Part shown: one piece after another, positions 22,750-34,180 of the stretch
How positions within the stretch are numbered: the stretch's first letter is position 1
How the letters are laid out: each line of letters starts with the position of its first letter
NCBI GenBank assembly: GCA_002269645.1
Contig: NIVC01001304.1
Location: 186,001-250,000 of the forward strand
DNA length: 64,000 bases
Source: Macrostomum lignano
Taxonomy: Eukaryota
Direction: 5' to 3'
The notes under the pieces: generated by a model
What the model was told of the DNA's origin: nothing
Database searches by the model: none
What the model saw: only the letters and a program-made list of their open reading frames with translations
Made by a program: the position numbers and the translations under genes

Positions 22750-24357
22750 TCAAAGGCGCGCGGGCCGGCCCGGACTGCAGGGCACGGGCAGCAGGCTCGG
22801 CTCCGGCATGCCCGGCCGCATCACGCTGATCTGGAAGCTGTCGAAGCCGATGCAGGCGCCGCCGACATTGCCATCGGCGTCCACCGCGGCCAGAGCTCCG
22901 TGGAAGCCGCTGGGCGGCGGCCGCACCGAGGCCAGTGCCGCTCTGCAGGCAGCCTCGGGCGACGCTCCGAGTGACATTTCGCTGACTGCGGCGAAGGCCA
23001 GCAGGTAGCGCATGAGGATGTCGCCGTCCCCCGTGCCGACTGCCGCGCCGACTCCCGCCTTTGCGTAGCCGCCGGCGCCGACCACCGCAGTGTCGCCGAC
23101 GCGCCCCGGCACCCGGTGGGCCGCGCCGTTGGTGGTGGTGCCGACCGCCAGCCCGCCGCCAGCGTCCATAGCAACCATGCCAATGGTGTCGTGGCCGAGG
23201 CGCCGGTTGCCCGGGTTCGAATCGCGGCTGCTAGCTGGCCGGTAGGGGCCGCAGCTGTGGTCGGCCGGCGGCTGCACGTTGCGGCGGAAGTTTGGCTGGC
23301 AGTTGCCTGACCGCCACTGCCGCCAGTCCGCTGCGGACCTGTGGGAACGCCGACAGTCTTGCCGCTGCTAACACCATGCAGACTGCCAGTCACCTGCCAC
23401 CAACACCATGCAGACTGCCAGTCCCCTGCCATTAACACTGATGCAGACTGCCAGTCCTCTGCCACCAACACCATGCAGACTGCCAGTTCCCTGCCATTAA
23501 CACTGATTCAGACTGCCAGTTCCCTGCCACCAACACCATGCAGACTGTCATTCTTCTGCCACTCACACTGATGCAGACTGCCAGTCCCCTGCCACCAACA
23601 CCATGCAGACTGCCAGTCCTCTGCCATTAACACTGATGCAGACTGCCAGTCCCCTGCCATTAACACTGATGCAGACTGCCATTCCCCTGCCACTCACACT
23701 GATGCAGACTGCCATTCTCTGCCACTAACACTGATGCAGACTGCCGCCACTCGCACAGCCACTAATACAGAGTCCATCTAGAGATCAGGCTCCCAGCTAT
23801 TTGACACCAGCGCTTGAAGTCACAGTATCCTGAGCTGCTCAATATTGAGGCAGATATAGAGTCAATACAGTCACCCAGCCGCACCTGTCAGTATTAAGCG
23901 AGCGCCGCTTGAAGCCCATCTCAACAGCGAAGTCGGCGGCCCGATCGCCTACCAACATGGTGTGGCCGGTCCGCTCCATCACAGCTCTGGCCACGCTCAC
24001 AGCCTCCAGAATGTCCGGCATGGCGGCCACAGCGCCGACTTCCATGGTGACGCCGTTCATCAGCATGGCGTCGAAAGTGACATTGCCAGCCTCATCCGGG
24101 TGGTGGCCATAGGACACAGACTCCAAGCTTTGGTCCGCTTCGGCCTGCAAGCAGCCGGCCTCAACAGCATCCAGGGCGCTGCCTGTGCGGCTGAGGGCAG
24201 CGAAGGCTGCCCTGGTGGCGTTGACAAACGGCCAGGTGTTGATCACCAGCACAGGTTGAGATGCTGGCTGCTGATGCATTTGAAACACCTGGCAACTGCC
24301 GCACAAGACTGCAATGGTCATCAGGTGTGCAAGCAGGCTCATCACACAGCGCACCAT
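22750..24357 (-). CDS. AGA: N(4)-(beta-N-acetylglucosaminyl)-L-asparaginase (glycosylasparaginase, Ntn hydrolase); exons 24357-23885 and 23338-22750
   Basis: PVLVINTWPF, SALDAVEAGC, PDEAG.VTFDAM, VGAVAAM, VARAVMERTGHTMLVG, NCQPNFRRNV, CGPY, autocleavage site GHD|TIGMV, GRVGD, GTGDGD; hydrophobic leader. Phase-2 intron (GACAG|GTGCGG...CACAG|G) restores the frame. An upstream in-frame ATG at 24405 lies beyond an acceptor at 24396. Confidence 0.95.
23375..23745. repeat. ~30-33-bp minisatellite (CACTGATGCAGACTGCCAGTCCCCTGCCATTAA) in the AGA intron
   Basis: Recurrent GCAGACTGCC core with two alternating unit types. Confidence 0.9.
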
Positions 24358-25156
24358 TGCCTCCAGCAAGCCAAACAATTTCTCACTATTAAGTACTGAA
24401 TGCAAGAATATCGATAATTTCCTGTCTCTTATGGCTCAGTGATAGAGAACCTTTGCACTGAAGTACATCTATTCGATTTCGTGTGGCATGCATTTTTATA
24501 GAGACTCATGCGATTGAGGCTAAGGTAAGTGTGTATGCTGCTTGTGAAGTTAGATTAGTTTTTTTTTCAGTTCTCAGGGTCAGTAGGATGAGTATGCCAT
24601 TGTACATGTAATTGTCCCATTACTAGTTTTTTTCAAAAATTAAGACAACAATAGCTGCTTTAGTATCAATATTTAAGCTACTATATTAAAGTACAATAAA
24701 ATTTAATGACATTAAAATGCAATGTAACAATGGCACAAAGATTTAAAGATCTTAGTTATATACCCATTGCCACCTTTTGTCATTTGTAACTTTTTTAAAT
24801 TCTTTGTTTATTTTAACAATAGCATAGCCATATAAGTCTCAAACATTCTGGAATGTGGCAAATATTCCAAAATTGTGCAATTTCAAGTTTTACATTTACA
24901 GCAAATGTGCAAAACTAGGGCAATTAAAGTAGCAAAAAGACACTTAATACAATAGTTGGCCTTTGAACTCTGTATAATGTTCATTTGTAGAATCTATTGA
25001 TTAAAATTGGCTCTCTTATTGTCTAGCATTTTATGTAATTTTATAATAACTATTAAATTTAACTTTTTATAATAATATTCAAGAGACAAAGTGACAGGTG
25101 CCAATACGTCTCTAACTCTAACTCTAATATGTGTCTAATTCACAGAGAAGTGAATT

Positions 25157-26483
25157 CTGAGGGTCACTCAGAAAGTCTTTAGCCTGAGTAGGATCTACGA
25201 GATGTACTCGTAGAAGCATGAAATTCGTCTATGGTAAAGACCAACTTTTAAAAGTATAGCAGCAAAATTTTCAAACAGAAGCAGCCACTTTTGAGTCCAC
25301 TGCAGTGAGTTAAAGTCAGTTCACACATTGAGTTCTTCAATTCAACAATGAAGCTGGAAATCCGCGATTTCAGAGCAATTATATACTTGCACTTCAAGCA
25401 AGGCAAGTTGCTGGCGGATTTGTATCAAACTCTACAGAACATTTTCACCCATCCATATCCTTCATACTCAACCATCAAAAACTGGTTTGCTGAGTTTTGC
25501 CAGGGTCAAGAAAGCCTCGAAGATGAACATCGATCCAGGAGACCCTGCGACATAGTGACTCCAGAAAATATCTGCGCTGTGTGCAGCATGATTGCTGCTG
25601 ACCAGCGAGTGACCTACTAGCAGATCTAGCAGGAGATTGGTATTGGATTGGGGAGTGTGCACGCCATTCTGCACGAATAAATTGGAATACGGAAGCTGGC
25701 TTCCCAGTGAATCCCACATCAGCTGTCGGATGTGCAGATTCAGAAGGACACCAGGGTGGCTTGGTGCCGATTCATGCTGCAGAAATTCGAATCTGGGACC
25801 ACCCGGCATATCTGGGACATCCTTACAGGCGATGAGACCTACAGTTATCAATACGACCTGGAAAGCAAGTGCCAGTCAGTCATGTAGACCTTCGGAGACA
25901 AGGACAGCCCTACCAAGTTTCAACGTAGCCGGAGTGTCGGCAAACAGATGGTGGCCTGTTTCTTCATGCGCACTGGGCATGTGGCTTCCGTTTTACTGAA
26001 AGATCGCCAGACAATCACCACTGACTGGTACACAATGGTTTGCCTGCCAAAGTTTTTTCTGCTGTGAGCCAGAGGTGCTTAAGGTGTGGAATGCGCGGGA
26101 AGCTTCTGCACCATGACAATGCCAGTGACAACATGGCGGCTCAAACTCTCAAGTTTCTGACTGACTGTGGGGTCCAGCTGATGACTCATTCTGTGTATAG
26201 TCCAAACTTGGCACCATGTGACTTTTTTCTGTTTCCAAAGTGCAAGGAGACTCTGAAGGGCCAGGTCTTTTCTTCACTGGAAGAAGCTGTGAATGAGTTC
26301 AAAAACATCATCGAGGAGCTTCAGGATGAGGATCAGCGGCAGTGCTTCGACAGCTGGTTTCACAGGATGCAAGCCTGTATCAATGCTGGTGGAGAGTATT
26401 TTGAGCACTTGTAGTTCTTTTTTTGGTTTATTTTTTGCTGTTTTCTTGTTCAAGCTAAGAAATTTCTGAGTGACCAATTTGTA
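25157..26483 (+). mobile_element. Degenerate full-length mariner (DD34D) transposon, ~1.3 kb
   Basis: Transposase relic from 25348 (TIKNWFAEF, LEDEHRSRRP, TGDET, LHHDNA, YSPNLAPCDFFLFPK, GEYFE) with several stops and a frameshift. TIR remnants GGTCACTCAGAAA at ~25162 and its complement TTTCTGAGTGACC at ~26463. Confidence 0.9.
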
Positions 26484-26949
26484 TACTTGGTCACTAATTT
26501 AAAAATTAATAGCCTTGAAAATCAAAAGATTTTTCTGAGCAAATTAAACAAAATGGCTTACTGGATAAAATGCAGCCTGTAGATTAAATGACCTAGATGA
26601 AAAGTCTAAAGAAAAAATGTCCTATGACTATATATGAATTTTTCAGGTAAGTTTTGGCCACAAAATTTTATATATATATATACTTTTTTTCATTTTTTAC
26701 CCAAGTGATCTGCTATTTTTAAATTTTAACCCCATATTCCCAAGCAAATTTGGCAGTTAAATGTAGATAATGTTTGACAATTTGTATCTTTGTAATGTCA
26801 TATACTTTGGGTATGTCATAAGTAATGTCACTGCATGTCTCTGTCAAAAGTATAAAGGCATATGCACTAGTGGGTAGTGCAAGTGCAAAGATACTTATTG
26901 AAGTAATACCAGTGCATTTGATATGTGATAGGATGTTTATGGCCCAACT

Positions 26950-27900
26950 TATTGCAAGAACTTGATAAGCAGTTTTTGCAAGTGCAACATGATGAAAGGT
27001 TGTCTATATGGTGAACAAAAACCTCCATGAATCACAAGATGCACATCCAGTTCTACACTTTTGTTTGCTTTTAAGCTAAGAAAATCTATAGTAGAAGTAG
27101 AAGAGGATCTTTAGATCACAATGCCAAACAGCTGCCCAACTTGCTTATTGATGAAACCTGGCTCCACTTGGATGACAAGGGTAGCAAGGCAGACAATTGC
27201 TGCTGGCTAGGAGCTGGGAACACTGAGGCAGCTATGACTAGGAGATCCATCTCAGACAAGAAAACTATGCTACTAGTAGACTTCATACCAAATAGATGAG
27301 TCTCTATCTGCACAACTCTGTCAAACACCAAGGTCAATGGTCAATATTTTATCAACTTTGTCTAGTATACCCTTGGGAACCTCTGGCACTCTCTCTGGTC
27401 AAATAATATTCACCTAGATAAGCATACATGCCCAACCTCAAAATTTGCCCAACCCATCCAATGCAACTTAGTTCCTCCTGATTGCAACTTAGTTCCTCCT
27501 AATTGTGACTTAATTTTCACTTTGTATATGACTTTTCTTGCCTTTTTCTCTTTCTCTTTCCTCTTTTCCTTCTTTCTTTTCTCCCTCCTTTCTTTGCCTT
27601 TTCTCTTTCTCTCCTTTTTTTCTTCCTCAAATTTTTCGTTTTTTGCATTTTTGATTTTGTGACTTATCTTGGCTGGTAGCCATTTCACCCGTCCAGTTTG
27701 GACAGGTTGGATGGATGTTGGGCATGTATGTAGACAAGGTTATGTGGCCAATGGACAATGTATGGCCATATATCTATAAGGCTATTTCAGATTTTCTAGC
27801 TGGGTGGCAAGTGAATCTACTTTGGCAGAGACCATACAGCCTAGACTTCAACCTGTGTGATAGATCTCTATTCAAATGGTTGAATACTAAAAGGAGCAGT
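26950..27900 (+). pseudogene. Second mariner-like (DD34D) transposase relic, split by a hAT MITE
   Basis: LIDETWLH...RRSISDKKTM...VNGQYF...HLDK | VMWPMDN...PYSLDFNLCD..LF. Removing 27423-27730 plus one TSD restores the frame; 34 residues lie between the second and third Asp. Confidence 0.75.
27423..27730. mobile_element. hAT-type MITE, 308 bp
   Basis: Perfect 14-bp TIR CATACATGCCCAAC / GTTGGGCATGTATG; 8-bp TSD TAGATAAG / TAGACAAG (1 mismatch). Confidence 0.8.
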
Positions 27901-28059
27901 AAGTGGGCGCAGGGCCCAAACTGATATATTTATAAAACTAACTTAAAGAGGGGTTGAACCCAAAATAATAAAACGAGGGATGAAGTGCGCAACTAAAAAA
28001 GAGCTAGGCCTAAGAATGAGGAGCCAATCAGAAGGTAACAAGGAAGAAAGATAAGAAAA

Positions 28060-28756
28060 TAGAGCTGTCAAAATTAGGCCTAGGGATTTTATTTGAGACG
28101 AGATTTGAGATGAGAAAGGCTTATAAGTCGAGAATTTTGAGACGAGACAAGACAAAGTAAATCTAAAAATATATATTTCAGAATTGCATCTTGTCTTGCT
28201 CTCATCTTGTCTTATCTTGTCTTAAATTTCTTGATAAGATACAATTCTAAAATATATTTTTTAGATTTTCCGGAATACTTTCTTAATTCTAGTTTTAATT
28301 CCTTGCTATTTATTTATAAATATTTATGCTTTAGCATATAGGCCCTTGGCCCTACTATGTCTATTACTAATTCATCAAAAGATCTATGTAGATTGTCTTT
28401 GAGTCTGCTGTGATACACCTTGTCGCAGAACTGAAATGATAACTAAAAGAGCGCATATGCAATACAAACTTGTATATAATGACATTTGTTAAATAACTAA
28501 AATAGCTCGACATTGGCTAGATTTTACCATTTGAAAATTGCCCTATCAAGCGTGTTACAACAAACAGTTGTATTTATATGAAGATTTGCTTCCTTTTTTA
28601 TATCTTATCACTTAAAAGCTTTTGAAAAAAGGTATTAGAAAAATTCTTGAAATCTCGTCGCAAATTTCTTGACAAAATTCAAAATTTCTCGAGATGAAAA
28701 AAAATGTCAAGATCTTGTCTCGAATCTTGTCTTGTCGAGATCTCGTGATAGCTCTA
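28060..28756. mobile_element. hAT-type non-autonomous element, 697 bp
   Basis: TIR TAGAGCTGTCA / TGATAGCTCTA; perfect 8-bp TSD TAAGAAAA (28052-59, 28757-64); subterminal GAGAC/TCTTGTCT repeats. Confidence 0.85.
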
Positions 28757-29025
28757 TAAGAAAAATAACTAGATTGAACTAGATAGAGAAAATAGTAAAC
28801 AAAGACAAGTGAAGGTAGGCCTAAACTAAAGAAATGACTAAAGTTTTGACAATGTAGGATATATATATTATATTATCCTATATATATCCTATTTATAGGT
28901 GCTCTTGGAAAAAGCAATTTTATTATTTAATATATTCTATATAAAGTCTATGTTCTATGTTAAGTTATTCTATAACTTATATAGTAGGAACATACTACTT
29001 TACATAGAATATAATAAGAAAATTG

Positions 29026-29136
29026 GGCTATCCTGTAGTTTCGCACGTTTAATTATTTCCGGAATTATTTCGCCCTCTATTCAAGGGTGGTGGGGGGTGG
29101 GGGTTGGAATTAAACGTGCGAAACTATAGGATAGCC
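29026..29136. mobile_element. 111-bp hairpin mini-element
   Basis: 29-bp inverted repeat GGCTATCCTGTAGTTTCGCACGTTTAATT / AATTAAACGTGCGAAACTATAGGATAGCC (1 mismatch); TSD not clear. Confidence 0.65.
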
Positions 29137-29800
29137 AAAAATTGCTATTTTAAAGTGCAATACAATCTATAAATATACAAAATTGATTCATTTTTAGAAA
29201 GGTTATTCTGATTTCCTAGTTTTTTATACACTTAAATTAATCAAAAAACTTATTTGAACAAAAAGTAACTGAAAAGTAAGATTTTATGCTAAAATATTAT
29301 TTAAGAATCCAAAATTCCTAAAATTCCTATTTTGACTATTTAACAAAACTCAACCCAAATTCTCAGTCTAAACCCCAAAGTTTGGTCAAGTAGGCCCCTA
29401 CTTGATTCAACAAGAGCAAGACCCAGGTTTGTCTGGGTCGGTCACTGGTCAGATCGTCATATTCCATTTCGTCATATTGGATGATGAAGTGACCAAAAGT
29501 AGCAAAGTAGCTTGAAAAATAATAAGACGAAGTGACCAAATATTTAGGGCCTATGTAGTTGTGCTGGATACTTCATCAATCGTCATCAATCTATGTGGGA
29601 TTCGAGTTTGTGTAAATTTTATTTGTTTAATCACAATAAGCTGCGGCAAGCAGAACCGATCGATCGATCGACAGGTTTTATCAATTAAGATGACAAAATG
29701 ACTGGGATCATTAGGATTCCAAGATATGTTTGATTGTTACATTAATTCACTTGAAGTTGGAACTAATATGATCGGTGGATGACGAAATGACTCTCTTCAG

Positions 29801-32800
29801 CCCAGTAAAAAAGGGTAGTCGGAATCCGATCGGAATGTCCGGTCGGAATTTGTCAGCAAAGTGGCTCGTGCAATCCGGTCGTTTTCTAGTCGGAGTTTTC
29901 CGATCGGAATGTTACGCTAATATCCGACTAAATTACGATTAGGTTGTATTTTTCAGAATTTGCTTTTGCATCGGCTAGCTTGCGTAAAAAATAAACAAAT
30001 CGGTTTTCAAAGTGCTTAGCAAAATAATACATTATTTAAAATATTATTCTGTTTGAAGAGTGAAGCACAATAATGATTGGCTATTTAATTTACTCAATGC
30101 ATTGTATATTATGCAATTATAAAGATTACAGTAAGCAATTTCTGCACAACACGTCAAGAGAGTAACTGTATTACACGTGGATGCAAGGAAACATCAAGAA
30201 AGAGCATAATAATAATGCAATATATGCAGAAAATGAGTGCCGAAAACAAATAATAAAATACAGAAAACAAATGCAGAATAATACAATAATATGATTGATG
30301 AACAACACATGAATGCAAAAAGCTAGCTAGCTAGATAAATGTTGTGAACCAAACGGCTGCATTATCAGTCAGCGAACTTACAGCCAGAGTCAGCACATGG
30401 TTTGTCATCACAGGTGGCGGCAGAGGCGCTTCATTGTCGCAATTGCTTCCCCCACTGACACTCCACAAATGTTGGTCTGGAGCTCTTGCACTTTCAGACG
30501 CCATCGCAGAAGCTCTAAATGGCCTTTGATGCAATCCAGAGAACTCGGAGGATATGGTCCTGCATTGAGTAATTTAGAGAGTTAATGGCATGATCAGCAG
30601 ACCAGTTGGGCACCTTCACTGTCATTAGAAAGATTTGGAAATAAAAAATAAGGAGAATAGTTGTCTTCAGGCAAGGCAAGAAAAAACTTAACATTTGCAA
30701 TCTTTAAAACTGGTATAAAAGCAATTGGAATATACTATAAGAATAAAAACACAAAGAACACATACCCTTGAAGATCTCACCAAAGTATGCTTGTACATAT
30801 TCAAAGACAATTTGACCTTTGATCCTTGTTAGCTAGGCCTAGTCAGCTCTTCCAGGATCCTTTTCCCCAGTCTTGAACTGAACCTAGAGATCCCATCCAT
30901 TATGTAGCAAACAGACTGTGGCACCTTTGCACTAATGCACCACATCTAGACCAGCAGTGTCATAAATAGAAGTAGAAGCCATTGATAAGATAATAATACA
31001 AGCTATAGCATGCTTAGTAAAGCTAGAACTAGGGGCCTAGTCTTAGTCTAACAGTGCTCTATGATAACTAAGAGAAATAATATAAACAATAAAAAATTAA
31101 TACTAGCATAATCAAAATGTACAATCATATTTACTATTATAAATAATGTATTCTAAGGATATAATGTCCTGAGTATTTTTTTCTTATTGACCTGTTGTCT
31201 ATTTGAACTTTCATTTGACATTGAGATATATAGTACTTTATTTATCTAAATATACTAAATCTTAGTATTTCTAAAGGCTAAATTAAAAGACCAAATTATT
31301 CTAAGTCTTAGCTAGGGTTTGGATTGTGTAATAGTATATGCTAGAACAAGAATCTTATCTTAGCTAAATGTATGCCAGTGTATGCCAAAAACAAAAAAAT
31401 CCTTAAAATGTAAACTAAAAAAGCCTCCTAAAAAGGTCATTTGGTTTTCACAAGTTGAGTTTCCTAAGAAAGGTTTTTGTATGAAAAGTATTCTTTAAAA
31501 TATTATAAATATTTTCATTTTAGACAAACTTAATTGTACCTATAAAAATAATGATGCAACATTTACATTTTAATAATAATTTTACTACTCTAAATCATTT
31601 TTAATTATAAAGAAGTAGAAAGTTTATTATTAATTTCTTGAGTATACAAATATAATATTTCTTTATTTTACATAAAAACATTAATTTACATTGAAATTTT
31701 CATGCTTAACATAAATTTATTCACCAAAAGTTGTAGGCCAAAAATGGATGTGAATTTGTATACCAAAATTTGTATGCCAAAAAATGTATAAATTGTACAC
31801 CAAAATTTGTATGCCAACTTTAAAATGAGCCATTTGACATTTGCATATCCAAATTTTCTGACATACATATAACATTCCAGAGTCTTAGTTTAATTAGAGT
31901 TCTAGAGTTCTAAGCATAGAAATGTTTTATAAGCAAGTGTAAATAGCTATTGACATGTGGCCTATATTATTTACTTACTAGGCCTAGTCTATAAATAATA
32001 AGTTAATAATTCTTCATTATAATATTAAAAAGAAAGTCTTAGGCCCCTATCTAAAAGCAAATTATAATATACAATTGTAAACTATAGACATTATTCAATT
32101 ACTTTGCTTAAATGCCTTAGCCTAAACAAATGTCTATTGATTGTTAGGTATATTGAGTAAACCTAATAAGACACACTAAATGTCTAAAGTAAGTTTAACT
32201 AGGGCCTGGCCAAGGCCCTATATTTTTAGATTCAATGACTAAAAGCCTAAAACTAGGTAGTATTAATTTCATATATAAGAAAAACAAGGTATAAGTTGTA
32301 GTTGTAGTTAAATGAAAATACTGCTTTAAAGACAATCTTGAGAAAAATGTGTAGCAAAATAGGCTAGGCCTAGGCCCTATTAAAGTAGGAATTGCAATAG
32401 GAATAGGCCTAGGAGTATTGCAATTAGCAATAATTAATAAGATAGTGGTTAGGCATTAAGTAGGTTTTTAATAACCATTTAGTAATATTTTTTTGCCAGT
32501 GCCAGTGCTAGTGCCAGTGGAAAGACGCTATAAGCAAAAATATAACGAAAAGGTTATATAGAGAGGTAAGGTAAAAAATAAAACGCTTTTTAAATACTTT
32601 CGATATAAATTGGATGGCCAGCATTTTTTTGTGGCATCAAAACAAAAACTGAATTATTGTAGTAATTTTTTGTATCATAAAGGTATATTCTGCACATTCT
32701 GGCAATACATAAAAGCAAGAAAACACGTTTAGTACAGCACATGCGTTATGAATATGGCTGTATCGGAAAGTAGGAAGAAAAATGAGTACAAATTCCGATC

Positions 32801-33008
32801 GGAAGAACAAGAGATGGTTTCCGACTAATTTCCGATTGCGCAAATATAGCTCGAAAAACATTTTCTTGTATTTTTATGCTTATTATTATCATAGTAACGT
32901 GTTATATAAAACAAAATATTGTGGTTTAAACCTTTTCCGGCAAATTCCGACTGCCGATTAAATTCCGATCAGATTCCAATCGATTTCCGACTACCCTTTT
33001 TTACTGGG
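29801..33008. mobile_element. Non-autonomous CMC/EnSpm(CACTA)-like DNA transposon, 3,208 bp
   Basis: Perfect 24-bp TIR CCCAGTAAAAAAGGGTAGTCGGAA; 2-bp TSD AG; subterminal TCCGATCGGA-type repeats at both ends; no transposase ORF. Confidence 0.85.
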
Positions 33009-33339
33009 AGGTAGGCCTAGTGCATGTTAATTAAGATGACGAAGTGACCATAGTTGAGGTGAGCACCCCAGACACCCAGATGACGAAATGGCAGATGACA
33101 AAATGACTAGGAACCTCTGGGTTCCATTGCTAAAATATTATTTGAGAGTCTTTGAGAATTAGAGAATTGTTTAGGAATTGGTCTACACTAAGCTCTAGGG
33201 CTTATTTATATATTCTCATCAATCTCATGTAGTTTTAGTGTCCTAATCACATACATGTGCAACCTCCAAAATTCGGTCAGCCGTGCGACTTAGTTTTAAC
33301 AAAAAAGCGACGTAGTTTTTGGCCAAAAATGCGACTTAC

Positions 33340-34180
33340 ATATAATAAAACCCGAAAGCAAAATTAACGCAACTTTGGGTAAACGGCAGGAGTAACTACG
33401 ACTGTTTTATTAAGATAAAATGTCTCGTCAGCTACTTAGTACTACTACTTGGGGGTTTTTTGGGTGGGCATTTTTGCGACTTCATTGGTTGGCCGCCAAA
33501 TCGGTCGGCCGGATTGGCCGACTCGGCCGACTGTTGCGCATGTATGCCTAATCAGATTATGGCATTATAAAAATCAAAAATCAAAATGAAGCCCTGGCAA
33601 TTGTCAATAAATAGGCAATATTCTAAATCTAAACGATATCTAAAAACGACAATACGGGGCGTGCGTTGAATGAATGAAAAGTTATTTTGAAGGACAGTCG
33701 AAAACATTTTAAACTGAATTCACAGAAAAGGATGAACTTTGTTCGCTGCTTTGTAAAGTTTTGTTTAGTGTGACATTTAAAACAAAACAAATTCGCAACA
33801 CGTTTGTTTTGTCGTTTGCTAAGTTAATATATCCTAAAGTTTGACACGAAACTTTTTTTATTTTTGGAGCTGTGATTTTGAATTTGAAAGATGATTGTTT
33901 ACATCCTAATTACTTGGGCCTTACAAGAGTACTACGGCTACCCTTACCTTAGTCTTTGCTTCCTATCAAACTCATACAGTATCCGTTTCAACATTGTCAG
34001 TCATTTCTTATTTATATTACATGTTTTAGAATTTCCTATTAAAATCTTGTTGTTCCATTGTTGGTCGTCGAAGTTCGTCTGAAGATACCGTAAAAGAGTT
34101 CAGGCGCGCTTTCAAATTCTAAATTTTTACAAACATCGATCTCGATAATTAATTTGTAATCATAATTATTACTCGTTTCG
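33340..34180. promoter_or_regulatory. Candidate bidirectional promoter / leader-exon region (AGA minus, C18orf32-like plus)
   Basis: CpG-retaining patch within CpG-poor DNA; several ATTGG (CCAAT) boxes; outward-facing GTAAGT donors at 33339 (-) and 34180 (+). Confidence 0.4.

Noticed and set aside
27410-27688. Lys/Glu/Arg-rich ORF
   Set aside because: Translation of the purine-rich interior of the 308-bp MITE.
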